A DNA stretch of 32,000 nt from contig RQZE01000003.1 of assembly GCA_003858585.1 (NCBI GenBank), positions 90,001 through 122,000 of the forward strand. Direction: 5' to 3'. A program made the translations under genes and the position numbers. Below, piece by piece: positions 1-7,964 of the stretch. Numbering within the stretch: position 1 is the first letter of the stretch; the number at the start of each line of letters is the position of its first letter. A model generated the notes under the pieces. That model made no database searches and had not been told where the DNA came from. It worked only from the letters and a program-made list of their open reading frames with translations. This DNA comes from Erysipelotrichaceae bacterium OH741_COT-311. GTDB lineage: Bacteria; Bacillota_I; Bacilli_A; Erysipelotrichales; Erysipelotrichaceae.

Positions 1-1097
1 AATATGAATACAAAGTAATGGTAAATCCAGTAGAAACATTAAATCCGGGCGCCATGTTTGGCTATAATGGGATTACCTCTTTTACAAGTACCAATTACTA
101 TCAAACAACTAAGTTTATGCATGCATTAGGTTATGCAAGTAATGGGGTAAACAGTTATTTACAGAAGAGTTTTGTGGCTCCGATGGATTCCCTTTTATCA
201 ACAAAGTATTATATTTCAAGTCATAATTTAAGCAATCATAAACACCTAAAAAAAATTGATGAAGTAGAAAGAGGAGCTTATAAAGCCAATATCTATGAAA
301 ATAAAGAGGCATTAAGCCTAGGATTTGTAGCTAACCAGCGTATTTTAGAATATCAATATTACTACTATAATCCGATACGCAGCGTAAATTCTCTGTACCA
401 TCATTTATTAGATATGGATCAAAACCTTTTGGAGATACAACCAATTTCAAGTCAGGATCCAAATGTTACTATAAATGGAGACTACAGCTTTAAAATTGAA
501 AATCCGTTAAAGAGTGAATTAGAATCAATCATTCATGTAAAAATTAAACAAAAAGGACAAAGTTATATTTATATTGATTGTCGATCTGCTGAAAAAGTGC
601 AAGTTCAAGGGGTAAATCAATGGAGCGTTTCACCAAGAGAACCATACTTTATTGATAATTCGATTCGTAACGTTGGTGATGATGTAAAGGTTACGATTAA
701 AACCGAAAAAGATGTAAATGGTAATATCTTTGTTGTAACGTTAAATGAAGATGCGTATCAACAAGCTATTCAAAAACTAAAGCAACACCAACTACAAATT
801 GAGGTATACAAAGAAGATATGATTAAAGCCCATGTAGAATCTAATGGAGGAGTAGTATTTACCCGCATTCCATATGATAAAGGATGGAACGTGTATGTAG
901 AGGATCAGCCGGTAGAAACCTTTGCGATAGGAAAAGGGTTGTTAGGTTATCGAGTTCCTAGTGGACATGTAAAGATTAAAATGCAGTTTATCGCTTCCGG
1001 TTTAAAAGAAGGCTTATGGATTAGTGGTGGCAGTTTATGCATTGTTATACTCTTAGCTGCCTTACAATATAAGAAAAAGAAAATGTCTGGAGCTTAA
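1..1097 (+). CDS. YfhO-family polytopic membrane protein (GT-C-like extracytoplasmic glycosyltransferase), C-terminal part; 5' end outside window
   Basis: The frame of track ORF 18..1097 stays open upstream to base 3 (YEYKV precedes the first Met), so the gene starts outside the window. The tail PYDKGWNVYVEDQPVETFAIGKGLLGYRVPSGHVKIKMQFIASGLKEG, then a terminal TM helix and KKKK, parallels the tails of the two full-length YfhO-like ORFs here (IAYDDGWSVYVDHKKV..GFVGFYLPKGKHIIELKYRSSGFKES and IAYDAGWSLTINHQKQ..GFLGFDVLEGNHEIHLSFIPRGFLLG). Confidence 0.8.
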   Translation, partial: YEYKVMVNPVETLNPGAMFGYNGITSFTSTNYYQTTKFMHALGYASNGVNSYLQKSFVAPMDSLLSTKYYISSHNLSNHKHLKKIDEVERGAYKANIYENKEALSLGFVANQRILEYQYYYYNPIRSVNSLYHHLLDMDQNLLEIQPISSQDPNVTINGDYSFKIENPLKSELESIIHVKIKQKGQSYIYIDCRSAEKVQVQGVNQWSVSPREPYFIDNSIRNVGDDVKVTIKTEKDVNGNIFVVTLNEDAYQQAIQKLKQHQLQIEVYKEDMIKAHVESNGGVVFTRIPYDKGWNVYVEDQPVETFAIGKGLLGYRVPSGHVKIKMQFIASGLKEGLWISGGSLCIVILLAALQYKKKKMSGA

Positions 1098-1116
1098 GTT
1101 CCAGACATTTATTTTG
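1081..1116. terminator. Candidate bidirectional intrinsic terminator between convergent genes
   Basis: Perfect 11-bp inverted repeat AAATGTCTGGA (1081-1091) / TCCAGACATTT (1100-1110) with an 8-nt loop. ATTTT follows on the + strand and TCTTTTTCTT follows on the - strand. The hairpin overlaps the last codons of both CDSs. Confidence 0.6.
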
Positions 1117-1756
1117 CATAAAATTTATAGATATGGATTTTATCATCCTTTTTGATACACTCTACATAAGCACCTGTTTGAAAGTCTTTTGTCGAGAAAC
1201 CATTACCACTTTTATAAGTCCATTCTACATCAACATAGAAAATACGATATCCATCTTCGTCTAAGCCCATATCGGTAGAACCGATCACTTTCACTTCCGT
1301 AACTTCAGGCAAGTTTTCTTTTCCAAAATCTTTAATATAAAGTTCTAAATTTTTATAGTAACTATTAATCGCTTTTTCTCTTAAGTTAATTCTCGCTTCT
1401 GTTTGCCAGAATTGTGTCCCACCAATATCATTTTTAATGGATTTATTTGTTAGTGTAAAGAAATCAGCTACATAGTTTTGCGCTACTGATTCTGAAATCT
1501 TTTGCCAATCTTTCGTTTTAACCACATCTTTTAATTCTTCATATAGTTGTTTTTGGTAGTCTGTGGCATTTGCACGAATTGCGTAATACTCTTTATCTTC
1601 TTTTATCGTTACCACATCATGTTGACTTGTACTATCACTAGGTTTTTGTGTTAATATTTTATATCCTAAGAATACTAATACTAAAATTAATACAGGAATG
1701 GAAACAGCCAATATAAGGTTGATTACACTAACCTTTCTTCTTTGTTTTTTTACCAT
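1109..1756 (-). CDS. Hypothetical membrane-anchored protein (N-terminal basic stretch plus a single TM helix, soluble extracytoplasmic domain), function unknown
   Basis: 215-aa ORF. N-terminus MVKKQRRKVSVINLILAVSIPVLILVLVFLGY is a signal-anchor. GGAG (rc of 1763-1766) lies 6 nt upstream of the ATG. I recognise no family motif. Confidence 0.6.
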   Translation of the reverse strand: MVKKQRRKVSVINLILAVSIPVLILVLVFLGYKILTQKPSDSTSQHDVVTIKEDKEYYAIRANATDYQKQLYEELKDVVKTKDWQKISESVAQNYVADFFTLTNKSIKNDIGGTQFWQTEARINLREKAINSYYKNLELYIKDFGKENLPEVTEVKVIGSTDMGLDEDGYRIFYVDVEWTYKSGNGFSTKDFQTGAYVECIKKDDKIHIYKFYAK

Positions 1757-1784
1757 AAGATACTCCTTTTACTATACCTATAAT

Positions 1785-1813
1785 ATTATAAAGAAAATAG
1801 ATATAAATGACAA
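1785..1813 (-). promoter_or_regulatory. Candidate sigma-A promoter for the 1109..1756 gene
   Basis: On the - strand: TTGTCA (rc of 1808-1813), a 17-nt spacer, then TATAAT (rc of 1785-1790). This leaves a leader of about 20 nt that contains the GGAG RBS. Confidence 0.5.
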
Positions 1814-1826
1814 TAATAAATATAAT
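1798..1826 (+). promoter_or_regulatory. Candidate sigma-A promoter for the flippase-led operon
   Basis: TAGATA (1798-1803), a 17-nt spacer, then TATAAT (1821-1826). The -10 box is bracketed by the inverted repeat TGACAATA (1808-1815) / TATTGTCA (1832-1839). Confidence 0.4.
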
Positions 1827-1897
1827 TACGATATTGTCACTTATACATGAAAAAAAGCAATATAAATGATATAATACTAATGTTTATGGAGGCCCGT

Positions 1898-3418
1898 ATG
1901 CGAACTAAAAATTCTTTTTTAAATATGATTACAAATTTAGTTCCCAGTTTAATTATTCCAATCATTTCATTATTTAAACTGAGTTGGTTACTGAAGGTTT
2001 ATGGTGCCGATATTTATGGCATGAATATGTACTTAACACAAGTTATGGGCTATTTAAACTTAGTAGAAGGTGGCTTTGGTTTTGCCTTTGTACAAGCATT
2101 GTTTAAGCCTCTTGCAAAGGATGATAAAGAAACAGTAAAAGGATTGTATCATGGTGCAAGTTATATATTAAAAATGATTGGTTTAATCATTTTATTTTTA
2201 GGGATTCTTATCTACGTTATTTTGCCGTGGATCTTAAAAACAAGCATACCATTTTCTTTTGTGCGCATGGTATTTCTATTGATGATTTTACCGACCATTG
2301 TAGATTATTTTTTAATGGCTCCAACTTTTGTCATGATGGCAGATCAAAAAGAATATCATTTGAATATTATTCGTAAAACCATTCAGCTTTTACGTGCATT
2401 TACACATATCTTTATTATTTTAAATCGTTATAATTACTTGTATATTCCGCTTGTAGAAGCAATCTACATTGTAGTTCAGTCTTATATATGTCGTCGTTTT
2501 GTTATTAAACGTTACAGTTGGTTATTAGAGAAAGCTCCACGAAATCTATCGACGTTAGAAAGTGCAAAAAATTTATTTGCCCATCGTTTGGCAGGTGTTG
2601 TACTTTCAAGTACAGATACAATTTTATTAGGTGCTTTTATTGGTACGATTGCCAATACACTATATGGGAATTATATTTATATTACAGGTGAAATTCAAAA
2701 GATTTTAGAAAGTATTATTAATGCCCCTAAGGCAAGTATTGGAAATTTATTCGCAACCAATGATCAAAAAAGCTATGCAGTATTTAAAGAGTATTTTTCA
2801 TTTACAACTTTTATCGCAACCATTGTATGTATTCCATTGTTTATTACGATTAATAGCTTTGTTGAATTTTGGCAAAGTAAAGAAGTGGTATTGAGTTTAT
2901 CGGATGCGTTCTTATTTGCGGGTATTTTGTTTTTTGTCTTATCAAGGCAACCAATTATGAATGTTCGAGATACCAATGGCTTGTTTAGGGAGTCTAAAAA
3001 ATTCGCTTACTTAGAAGCTGTTTTAAATTTCAGTTTTTCTATTGTGGGTGTTTATTTCTTTGGTATTACAGGTGCTTTGTTTGTTACATTCTGTACTTAT
3101 CTAGCCTCTGATTTATTCATGAATTCACCTTTGGTATATCAATCCGTTTTGAAAAAGCCAATTAGGGAATACTACAGTATGTATCTATCAAAACTTATGA
3201 TTGCAATGTTTGTTGGTTTTTTTGCTTATCTTACATGGCAGTATCTGTTAAGCGTTCGTGTTGATAATTTATTGTTGTGGTTTATCTTTTCCGGATTGTT
3301 ATTTATACTGGTTAGTATAGTAATATCCATTATTTATTATCTATGTTTTAATGATTTTAGATTGTTTATTCAACGTATTTTAAAGCTTGTAAATGGAAAA
3401 GTGAAAGGAGCAAAATAG
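1898..3418 (+). CDS. Wzx-like oligosaccharide flippase (MOP / polysaccharide-biosynthesis-protein family)
   Basis: About 500 aa and hydrophobic throughout, with many predicted TM helices. N-terminus MRTKNSFLNMITNLVPSLIIPIISLF resembles Wzx N-termini. It is the first gene of a glycosyltransferase operon. The track ORF opens at 1847, but GGAGG (1888-1892) sits 5 nt before the ATG at 1898, which I prefer as the start. Confidence 0.7.
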   Translation: MRTKNSFLNMITNLVPSLIIPIISLFKLSWLLKVYGADIYGMNMYLTQVMGYLNLVEGGFGFAFVQALFKPLAKDDKETVKGLYHGASYILKMIGLIILFLGILIYVILPWILKTSIPFSFVRMVFLLMILPTIVDYFLMAPTFVMMADQKEYHLNIIRKTIQLLRAFTHIFIILNRYNYLYIPLVEAIYIVVQSYICRRFVIKRYSWLLEKAPRNLSTLESAKNLFAHRLAGVVLSSTDTILLGAFIGTIANTLYGNYIYITGEIQKILESIINAPKASIGNLFATNDQKSYAVFKEYFSFTTFIATIVCIPLFITINSFVEFWQSKEVVLSLSDAFLFAGILFFVLSRQPIMNVRDTNGLFRESKKFAYLEAVLNFSFSIVGVYFFGITGALFVTFCTYLASDLFMNSPLVYQSVLKKPIREYYSMYLSKLMIAMFVGFFAYLTWQYLLSVRVDNLLLWFIFSGLLFILVSIVISIIYYLCFNDFRLFIQRILKLVNGKVKGAK

Positions 3419-4545
3419 TGGTATACGATTATATTGTAATTGGAGCAGGAATCTATGGCATGTATTTTGCTAGTGAGATGGCTTTAAAGAAACCGGAAAG
3501 TAAAATTCTGATTTTGGAAAATGACAGTGAAGCTTTTGCACGAGCAACCTATATCAATCAAGCCCGTGTTCATATGGGTTATCATTATCCTCGCTCTTAT
3601 AGTACAGCGAATAAAAGCCATTATTATTTCCAACGTTTTGTAGATGATTTTGGTTTTTCAATTAAAAAAGATTTTGATAAAATTTATTCCATTAGCAATG
3701 ATTTCTCTTGGACAAATGCTGAACAATTTGAAAAGTTTTGCAAAGATAGCAACATACCTTGTAGCAAGGTGGATGCTTCTAAGTATTACAATACAAATGT
3801 TTGTAATAGTGCCTTTTTGACAAAAGAATATACGTTCGATGCTATGGAGATTAAAAAACATTATCTTGATTTTATTGCTAAACATCCTAATATTACAATT
3901 CTATATAATACAAATATTGATACGATTATAAAAAAAGAACCTTATTATGAACTCGCAACGAATCATGGTATCTATGAAAGTCCTTTTGTTTTAAATGCTA
4001 CGTATGCTAGTATTAATCAAATTTTAGAAAAAGCTGGCTTTGAACTGTTTAAGATTAAATATGAAATCTGTGAAGTTATTTTATGTGAAGTAGATGATGC
4101 TTTAAAGGATGTTGGCTTAACGATGATGGATGGACCATTCTTTTCTATTATGCCTTTTGGGTTAACCAATCTTCATTCACTTACCAGTGTAACCTTTACT
4201 CCGCAAATTACATGTTATGATTATTTGCCAAAATTTGAATGTCAAAAGCGAAGCAATGGTACATGTAGTGAAAAACAACTTGGAAACTGTAATACCTGTA
4301 TTGCAAAGCCTAAGAGTGCTTGGCCATACATGTCAAATCTTGCTCGTAAATATATGAATAAAGAGCTAGGCTTCCGCTATCATAGCTCACTATTTTCAAT
4401 TAAGCCAATCTTACAAAAGTCTGAGATTGATGATTCAAGACCGACTGTAATTAAAAAGTTTAGTGAAAATCCAACGTTTATAAGTGTGTTATCCGGTAAA
4501 ATTAATACAATCTATGATTTAAAAGAGGTGATTGATCGTGAATGA
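3418..4545 (+). CDS. FAD-dependent oxidoreductase, DAO-like (Rossmann GxGxxG type)
   Basis: N-terminus YDYIVIGAGIYGMYFA..ILILE is a dinucleotide-binding fold. It is followed by ATYINQARVHMGYHYPRSYSTA, which resembles the xSxxNSGVIHAGxYY block of DAO-family dehydrogenases. GTG start overlaps the upstream stop by 1 nt (ATAGTG). Contains a C-x7-C-x7-C-x2-C cluster. Confidence 0.7.
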   Translation: MVYDYIVIGAGIYGMYFASEMALKKPESKILILENDSEAFARATYINQARVHMGYHYPRSYSTANKSHYYFQRFVDDFGFSIKKDFDKIYSISNDFSWTNAEQFEKFCKDSNIPCSKVDASKYYNTNVCNSAFLTKEYTFDAMEIKKHYLDFIAKHPNITILYNTNIDTIIKKEPYYELATNHGIYESPFVLNATYASINQILEKAGFELFKIKYEICEVILCEVDDALKDVGLTMMDGPFFSIMPFGLTNLHSLTSVTFTPQITCYDYLPKFECQKRSNGTCSEKQLGNCNTCIAKPKSAWPYMSNLARKYMNKELGFRYHSSLFSIKPILQKSEIDDSRPTVIKKFSENPTFISVLSGKINTIYDLKEVIDRE

Positions 4546-5467
4546 TTTAGAAAAGAATTTTATAAGTGCTGTAGTGTATGTGCATAATCATGAAGATGTT
4601 ATTTTAAATTATTTAACTAGCATTGTTGCTTGTTTAAAACAGCATTTTGAAAACAGTGAAGTGATTGTTGTTAATGATGATAGTAGCGATCAAACGGTAA
4701 ATATTATCAAAAAGTTTAAACAAACAACTAGCGACATCTCCATTTCAATTATTCATCTTTCAAACTTTCATGGTGTTGAAGAAGCAATGATTGCAGGAAG
4801 TGACTTGGCGATTGGTGACTTTGTTTTTGAATTTGATAAATGCCATATCCCTTTAAATGAAACCATTATTATGGATGCATATTATAAGTGTTTACAAGGT
4901 AATGATGTCGTTTTTGTTTCTTCCAATAAAAAGGGACCAATGCTTGCCTCGGCGTTTTATCGTATTTTTAATAACAATGTTAATCAATATAAAATCTACA
5001 GTGATATCTTTAAAGTTGTTTCTCGTAGAGGTATTAATCGTATTAATTCTTTATATAAAAAAATACCATATCGTAAGGCTGTTTATGCAAATTGTGGCTT
5101 ACATACCGCACTGCTGACTTTTGATACGGATACCAGTTTAAATACATACAGTAAGGATGTCTTAAATTCTAATATTAAAGTTGGGATTACATCATTAATG
5201 TTATTTACCAATGTTGCTTTTAAAGTGGCTGCGATTATTACATTTTTTATGATGGTGGTTTCCTTATTGACGATTGTTTATGTTATTTATGACATTGTTC
5301 AATTTGGTGTCATTGGTAGTGGATGGGCAAGTTTAATGGCGTTTATGGCATTTAGTTTCTTTGCCGTATTTTTACTAATCACTATTATTTTAAAGTATTT
5401 AAGTATTATGTTAGATTTGAATTTTAAAAATCGTAAATATCTAATAGAAAGTATAGAGAAATTGTAA
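4538..5467 (+). CDS. Divergent GT2-family membrane-anchored glycosyltransferase-like protein (GtrB/ArnC architecture)
   Basis: VIVVNDDSSDQT and LSNFHGVEEAMIAGSDLAIGDFVFEFD align with the DDGSxDxT / SRNFGKEAA / DxD blocks of its neighbours. Two C-terminal TM helices are followed by NRKYLIESIEK. GAGG (4525-4528) favours GTG 4538 over the track start TTG 4532. The gene overlaps the upstream stop. Confidence 0.6.
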   Translation: MNDLEKNFISAVVYVHNHEDVILNYLTSIVACLKQHFENSEVIVVNDDSSDQTVNIIKKFKQTTSDISISIIHLSNFHGVEEAMIAGSDLAIGDFVFEFDKCHIPLNETIIMDAYYKCLQGNDVVFVSSNKKGPMLASAFYRIFNNNVNQYKIYSDIFKVVSRRGINRINSLYKKIPYRKAVYANCGLHTALLTFDTDTSLNTYSKDVLNSNIKVGITSLMLFTNVAFKVAAIITFFMMVVSLLTIVYVIYDIVQFGVIGSGWASLMAFMAFSFFAVFLLITIILKYLSIMLDLNFKNRKYLIESIEKL

Positions 5468-6402
5468 TGAAAAAGTGTTCAATCGTAATTCCAAGTTATA
5501 ATGTACAAGATAATATACCTCTTACATTTCAAGTAATTAAAAAGGATGTGTTAAAGGCGTATGATAAGGTTGAATTTGAAGTTATTTTTGTTGATGACGG
5601 TTCTTATGATCGTACATTTTCCGTATTAGAAGAATTAATTCAAGTAGAACCAAATGTAAAAGCCGTAAAACTATCACGTAACTTTGGAGAGTTTTATGCA
5701 GTATTGGCGGGTATGAGTGTTGCAAGTGGAGATTGCATTGCGGTTATTGGTTGTGATTTACAAGATCCTCCACATTTAATCTGCCCAATGATTGATTCAT
5801 GGTTAGAAGGAAATAAAGTTACTATTGCAGCACGTAGCTCACGTATTGAAGATAAATGGAAAACATTTTTAGCTGAAAGTTATTATAAATTATATCGATG
5901 GATTGTAAATAAAGATTATCCAAAACATGGGTTTGATTTCTTTGTGATTGATAAAAGTGTAAAAGATATTTTATTAAGTATGGATGAAAAGAATTCTAGT
6001 GTATATATTCAATTAATATGGACTGGTTTTCAGCCAAAGATTATCGAGTATGTTCGACAAGATCGTGAAGTTGGTACATCTATGTGGACCTATGGAAAAC
6101 GTATTAATTTATTTATTGATGCTTTTATCACTTTTTCTAATAAACCAATACGTTTTGTTAGTTTAATCGGCTATGTTACAAGCTTTATTTTTGGTCTTTT
6201 ATTGTTAGTGAGTGTAATAGGGAACTGGCTATCGCCATATTATGGCAATCCGTTTATGATGCTTGTATATTTAATTGTATTCTTATTTGGAATACTAATG
6301 AGTTCGATTGGACTTGTTGGTGAGTATGTGTATCGTGCTATGGAAAATGCACGTAATCGTCCATCATTTATTATTGATAAAATTATAGAAAAGGAGCAAT
6401 AA
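5467..6402 (+). CDS. GT2 polyprenyl-phosphate glycosyltransferase (GtrB/ArnC/CsbB-like)
   Basis: Motifs CSIVIPSYN, VIFVDDGSYDRT, KLSRNFGEFYAVLAG and GCDLQDPP. Two C-terminal TM helices end in IGLVGEYVYRAMENARNRPSFII, the characteristic GtrB-type tail. TAATG stop/start overlap with the upstream gene. Confidence 0.8.
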   Translation: MKKCSIVIPSYNVQDNIPLTFQVIKKDVLKAYDKVEFEVIFVDDGSYDRTFSVLEELIQVEPNVKAVKLSRNFGEFYAVLAGMSVASGDCIAVIGCDLQDPPHLICPMIDSWLEGNKVTIAARSSRIEDKWKTFLAESYYKLYRWIVNKDYPKHGFDFFVIDKSVKDILLSMDEKNSSVYIQLIWTGFQPKIIEYVRQDREVGTSMWTYGKRINLFIDAFITFSNKPIRFVSLIGYVTSFIFGLLLLVSVIGNWLSPYYGNPFMMLVYLIVFLFGILMSSIGLVGEYVYRAMENARNRPSFIIDKIIEKEQ

Positions 6403-6404
6403 TC

Positions 6405-7499
6405 ATGAATATTCCTAACAACAATATGCAACGTTTGTTTTCTAAGCATAAACAAGACTATATGAAGGTATTGGAGTCGGTACTTGATCGAGGTGTTTAT
6501 GTTTTAGGGGATGAAGTATCTACCTTTGAACGTAATTTTGCCAAGTACATTGGTACAAATTATTGTGTAGGAACAGCTAACTGTTTGGATTCTCTTTATT
6601 TAGCTTTTAGAATGATTGGTATACAAGAAGGGGATGAAGTCATTGTTCCGGCAAATACCTTTATCGCAACTGTGATGGGGATTAGTAAAAATAAAGGAAC
6701 ACCGATTTTCTGTGAACCGGATGAATTTTATAATATTGATCCAGCACGTATAGAAGCACTTATTACGCCAAAAACAAAAGCGATTTGTGTTGTCCATTTA
6801 TATGGACAAATTTGTTCTATGCCTCAGATTATGGAAATTGCCCGTAAACACAATTTATATGTTATTGAAGATGTAGCACAAGCACATGGGGCATCTATTA
6901 ATGGTAAGAAAGCCGGTTCTTGGGGTGATATTGGGTGCTTCAGCTTTTATCCAACGAAGAACTTGGGTGGTTTTGGTGATGGGGGATGTTTAACATTTAA
7001 TGATGAAACATATCTTGAACTGGCAAAATCGCTTCGCAATTATGGACGTATGGGCTTGTATCATTTCGTATATGAAGGTATTAATTCTCGTTTAGATGAA
7101 ATTCAAGCTGCCTTTTTAAATAAAAAATTAGAGCATTTTGATGAACTGCTGGAAGATCGTAAACGCATTGCAAAACGTTACCTAACAGAAATTAAAAATC
7201 CAAAAATTCAACTACCAAAAACGAAGTTTGAACTTGAAAGTCATATTTGGCATTTATTTGTTGTTGCAACGGAAAAACGTGATGAATTTAAAGAATACTT
7301 GCACCAACATGGTATAGGTACGATTATTCATTACCCGGAGCCACCACATTTATCAAAAACGTATGCATATTTAAATCATCAAGTAGGTGATTATCCAATT
7401 ACAGAGACGTATGCCAATACTATTTTATCGCTACCGTTTTATAATTATATGAGTGATGAAGAAATTGACTATGTAGTTAAGGTTATTAACGCATATTAA
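6405..7499 (+). CDS. DegT/DnrJ/EryC1/StrS-family PLP-dependent sugar aminotransferase
   Basis: Motifs DVAQAHGA and SFYPTKNLGGFGDGG (PLP-lysine block). Length 364 aa. AAGGAG RBS at 6388-6393. Confidence 0.85.
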   Translation: MNIPNNNMQRLFSKHKQDYMKVLESVLDRGVYVLGDEVSTFERNFAKYIGTNYCVGTANCLDSLYLAFRMIGIQEGDEVIVPANTFIATVMGISKNKGTPIFCEPDEFYNIDPARIEALITPKTKAICVVHLYGQICSMPQIMEIARKHNLYVIEDVAQAHGASINGKKAGSWGDIGCFSFYPTKNLGGFGDGGCLTFNDETYLELAKSLRNYGRMGLYHFVYEGINSRLDEIQAAFLNKKLEHFDELLEDRKRIAKRYLTEIKNPKIQLPKTKFELESHIWHLFVVATEKRDEFKEYLHQHGIGTIIHYPEPPHLSKTYAYLNHQVGDYPITETYANTILSLPFYNYMSDEEIDYVVKVINAY

Positions 7500-7524
7500 C
7501 TCCTTTTAAAAAGGGAGTTTTTTT
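7498..7524 (+). terminator. Rho-independent terminator
   Basis: AACTCCTTT (7498-7506) pairs with AAGGGAGTT (7511-7519), including one G-U pair, with a 4-nt loop. The stem runs into a T tract through 7524. It starts inside the stop codon of the aminotransferase gene. Confidence 0.75.
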
Positions 7525-7558
7525 AGTATAATAAAGTTTGTTATAAGTGGGTATAAAT

Positions 7559-7960
7559 ATGAACAAATTTTTAAAATACAAGGCTATTTTTATTTATATT
7601 GTATTTGGAGTCTTTACAACTCTTGTGAATTTTGCAGTTTATCACATCTTTACCAGAGTGATTCCTTTGCATATACAGCTTGCTAATGCAATCGCTTTTG
7701 TTTCGGCTGTCATGTTTGCATATGTTGTAAATAAACAATTTGTATTTGAACATAAAGACTATAAATTATCAACGATTCTAAAAGAACTATCCAAATTTTT
7801 CTCATTAAGAATATTGGGTTTAGTGTTTGAAGCTTTGGCACTACATATTTTTGTAACAATCTTACAGTTCCATGATGTTTTGGTAAAAGTCGTTGTTGCT
7901 ATATTTATTGTTGTGTTTAATTATATCATTAGTAAATTTTATGTTTTTAAGAAAGGGTGA
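7559..7960 (+). CDS. GtrA-family small membrane protein (putative lipid-linked sugar flippase component)
   Basis: 133 aa with 4 TM helices. Motifs FAYVVNKQFVFE and the C-terminal NYIISKFYVFKK are typical GtrA blocks. TATAAT at 7527-7532 lies just after the terminator. The track start 7547 (GTG) is less likely than ATG 7559. Confidence 0.8.
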   Translation: MNKFLKYKAIFIYIVFGVFTTLVNFAVYHIFTRVIPLHIQLANAIAFVSAVMFAYVVNKQFVFEHKDYKLSTILKELSKFFSLRILGLVFEALALHIFVTILQFHDVLVKVVVAIFIVVFNYIISKFYVFKKG

Positions 7961-7964
7961 GGGA

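Noticed and set aside
3418-4545. FAD protein as UDP-galactopyranose mutase (Glf) or as the DprE1 partner of the UbiA enzyme.
   Set aside because: Glf has a similar N-terminal GxGxxG motif, but the following block here (ATYINQARVHMGYHY) looks DAO-like rather than Glf-like. DprE1 is a VAO/PCMH-type flavoprotein without an N-terminal Rossmann GxGxxG motif. The gene is also in a different operon, 16 kb from the UbiA gene.
4857-5117. Same-strand out-of-frame ORFs: 4857..5117 (86 aa) and 23479..23766 (95 aa).
   Set aside because: Both are embedded in alternative frames of the GT2 gene and the second DHHW gene. They have no RBS or recognisable motif, and the host frames carry the conserved blocks.
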